From Takakia lepidozioides (Eukaryota > Plantae > Bryophyta), in contig CM060733.1 of assembly GCA_030704615.1 (NCBI GenBank), positions 69,378,001 to 69,442,000 of the forward strand: a stretch of DNA of 64,000 bases, read 5' to 3'. Every line of letters begins with the position of its first letter. Positions within the stretch are counted from its first letter, which is position 1. Both the position numbers and the translations under genes were made by a program. Shown here one piece after another: positions 61,841 to 64,000 of the stretch. The notes beneath the pieces were generated by a model. That model was not told where the DNA came from. It saw only the letters and a program-made list of their open reading frames with translations, and searched no databases.

Positions 61841-62931
61841 AATACAGCGCCCAGGCATCAACAAGCTCAAGTTGTATTTTGAGGCGGACAGGTACAATGA
61901 GGCACTTGCATCACTACTACTTTCCATCAACGACGACAGTGGACAGAGCCAAGAAATCCAACAAGGAGATCGGGATGCATGGTCTGAACATTGGCAGGCA
62001 GCGGATGCAGCATTTGAGGAAGACATAAAGAACACAGAGGGGGAGTTTCTCTCCAACAAATGGCTGCACATCTACGACGGGAATCACAGGTGGTATGCTT
62101 GGATGGAGGTCATACGCGAACAGCACGCAGACGACGCGAGTTGGCACTACCGGGTGAACGCCAAGATTATGGATGGGAAGAGTTCCGATCTGGGCCTCAT
62201 ACGGCGTGCAATGAATCATATGAATGTGTGAGTTTTTATCTCCTCTTCTGCTCACATGAGCATAGGTATAGGGTTTAGCAATTCGGGGATGTCGTTTGCA
62301 TGGGGTTGCAGGTCTTGCATAAGCAGTCCCAGTGGGTGCTTCGTGGACCGATTCATTAATTAGACGTGTAGTGTGAGATGAAGTCGGAAGTATTACCTGG
62401 TGGGAGGGAGTTCAGAGAAGATGCCCAGAATGCCTCCGTTGACAACTGCCTCGCTAAAAGTATGGTCTGCGCCGACTATACCATGGAGCCCACCCTAAAC
62501 CCTAAAATCCCTGCTGAGTTTTGTAGGTAGTACTTTCTTTCACGAATTTCAATAAGGTCCATGGTCACATGAAGGTCTTGTTCCGTGCATTTTGTAGTGT
62601 GACAGATCGTGGAAATGTGTCCAACGAGCTTCCGCACAAGCTATTCTACTTCCAGAAGTGCGCAACTACACCTGTTGAGCTGTACCAATCAGCTCTTCCA
62701 GCGGACGTCTACGAGAAGTGCTTGAACAAGCGGGATGGGAACTGGATGACAATGCCGCGGGATGCCCTAATAGAGTATATGGGTCAGGAGGGATTCTGTA
62801 GAATTAGAAATGCCTGCTTGGATGCCCATGCCCACCTGCCTGCCACCGCTGAGAACACCGCCCTCATCCGGAAGAAACTGGCAAGCAATTTCCAGGTGCA
62901 CAGGACAAAGTGGTACACCAAAATCGCAAAA
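61839..62931 (+). pseudogene. ParB-MTase family gene copy 4, piece B (ParB-like domain)
   Basis: PIQRPGINKLKLYF...LHIYDGNHRWYAW..WHYRV..AMNHMN, an intron, then ..HKLFYFQK..RTKWYTKIAK. Confidence 0.8.
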
Positions 62932-62936
62932 TATTT

Positions 62937-63849
62937 TCCGGGGAGGGCAGGTCTGACCACCTGCAATGATAACAAGTGGCAGAGAGGAATCCGCAACTTG
63001 GCCGGGTAGACCATGCACCCTGCCAATGTTGCTGCGGGTTGCCTCCAACATCTTGGCAGCGGCCAACTTCATATCGGCCTCTGACATGACGTTTGTGCCA
63101 GGGGGGTTATCTGGAAGCCCACCAGGACCACCAAACCCAGCCTGTATGCTCCGGGTTTGGGGCTTGGGGATCTCCGGGAGGATGTCATCCTGGTCAGAAA
63201 AGTCCATCTCCTCCTCCCCATCTCTGACATGCACCGCCTGAAGCTCGTCGTGGCCTTGCATTGTGGGAAGTGCGTCTTCCCCTCCACCTGCCCCATGTCA
63301 TGGTGTGCTTGGTGTTTTCTCCCCACCCTCAGTATCCACCTTGTGAGCAATGGCACCTTGTAATCCCCGGTGCGTAGGTGTAACTGGCAACGTGACTCTA
63401 TCGGATGTCTTAGTGGCAGCAGGTGTCTTTGTGGCTCTCTCGCTTGTCAATGCATGTGTCCCTGCCTCTTCTCTAGCCTTCTCTTTGACCTTCTATCTTG
63501 CCCTCTTTTTTTTCCTCTCTCGGGCCTTCTGTTTCTTAGATGGAGTGGCTGTAGGTGACGCCTTGAGGTTAACCACGTTCGCCCCTGGGGAACTCACACC
63601 CTCGTGCTGTTTGGTGGGTGTTTTGTGTACCCCCCCCCCCCCCTCCGCAACCTCTGTTTGCTCTTTCACTGGGGATTGCATTTGCTTTGCCTTCTTCTTC
63701 TTCTTCTTCGTGTGGGGGGCCCCCCCTGCCTGTGCATCGACTTCATCTATGGGCGGATGCCCTAGCTGTTTCCGTCGCCCTGCACCTGTCATGCCGACGT
63801 TTGCAGCACCAACCTCCCCAATCCCTATTCGGGTGTATTCCCGCTCCAT
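62937..63849 (-). pseudogene. ParB-MTase family gene copy 5, N-terminal fragment
   Basis: Low-complexity N-terminus, then AAAKMLEATRSNIGRV..VYPAKLRIPLCHLLSLQVVRPALPG; truncated tail-to-tail against copy 4. Confidence 0.72.
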
Positions 63850-64000
63850 GGCCTCTCGTCCACCCAGAAATGGAACAAGTTTGTGTTTAGGTGTACCTTC
63901 CCGCCCCCACTTTGGCGACCCAAAAATGCGAACCCCAGAGTCGGCAGACTGCTATCGATGGCTGTTCGCTGTTGGTGTGACTACTCGTCAAGTTGGAGCT

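Overview
Eukaryotic, repeat-dominated DNA, most likely from a seed-free land plant (inferred from GT-AG introns, PLS-class PPR pseudogene debris and Ty3/gypsy remains). No intact host gene is evident. Both flanks (1-20.3 kb and about 47.6-64 kb) hold decayed, nested and rearranged copies of what looks like one Mutator-like (MULE) DNA-transposon superfamily with unusual cargo. The parts are: (i) three MULE transposase genes (Zn module, DD/CxxH core, SWIM); (ii) five divergent copies of a multi-exon gene with an N-terminal ParB/Srx-like (D/E)GNHR domain, which in the two copies that extend far enough is fused to a prokaryote-type beta-class N4C/N6A DNA methyltransferase fold with a variant DIPD motif; (iii) three copies of an unknown ~190-aa Trp/Cys protein; (iv) a RING-H2 remnant; (v) dozens of 18-36 bp palindromes that share a CGGYRCCG core but have subfamily-specific arms, found in tandem arrays and inside the introns of these genes. 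The centre (20-47 kb) holds PPR debris, a TA-flanked MITE, a minus-strand gypsy gag-pol pseudogene, and the LTR/PBS(tRNA-Gly) end of a second retroelement. The two retroelements share a Cys/His accessory ORF. All calls are by-eye motif recognition. No database search was run, element termini could not be defined, and many boundaries are approximate.
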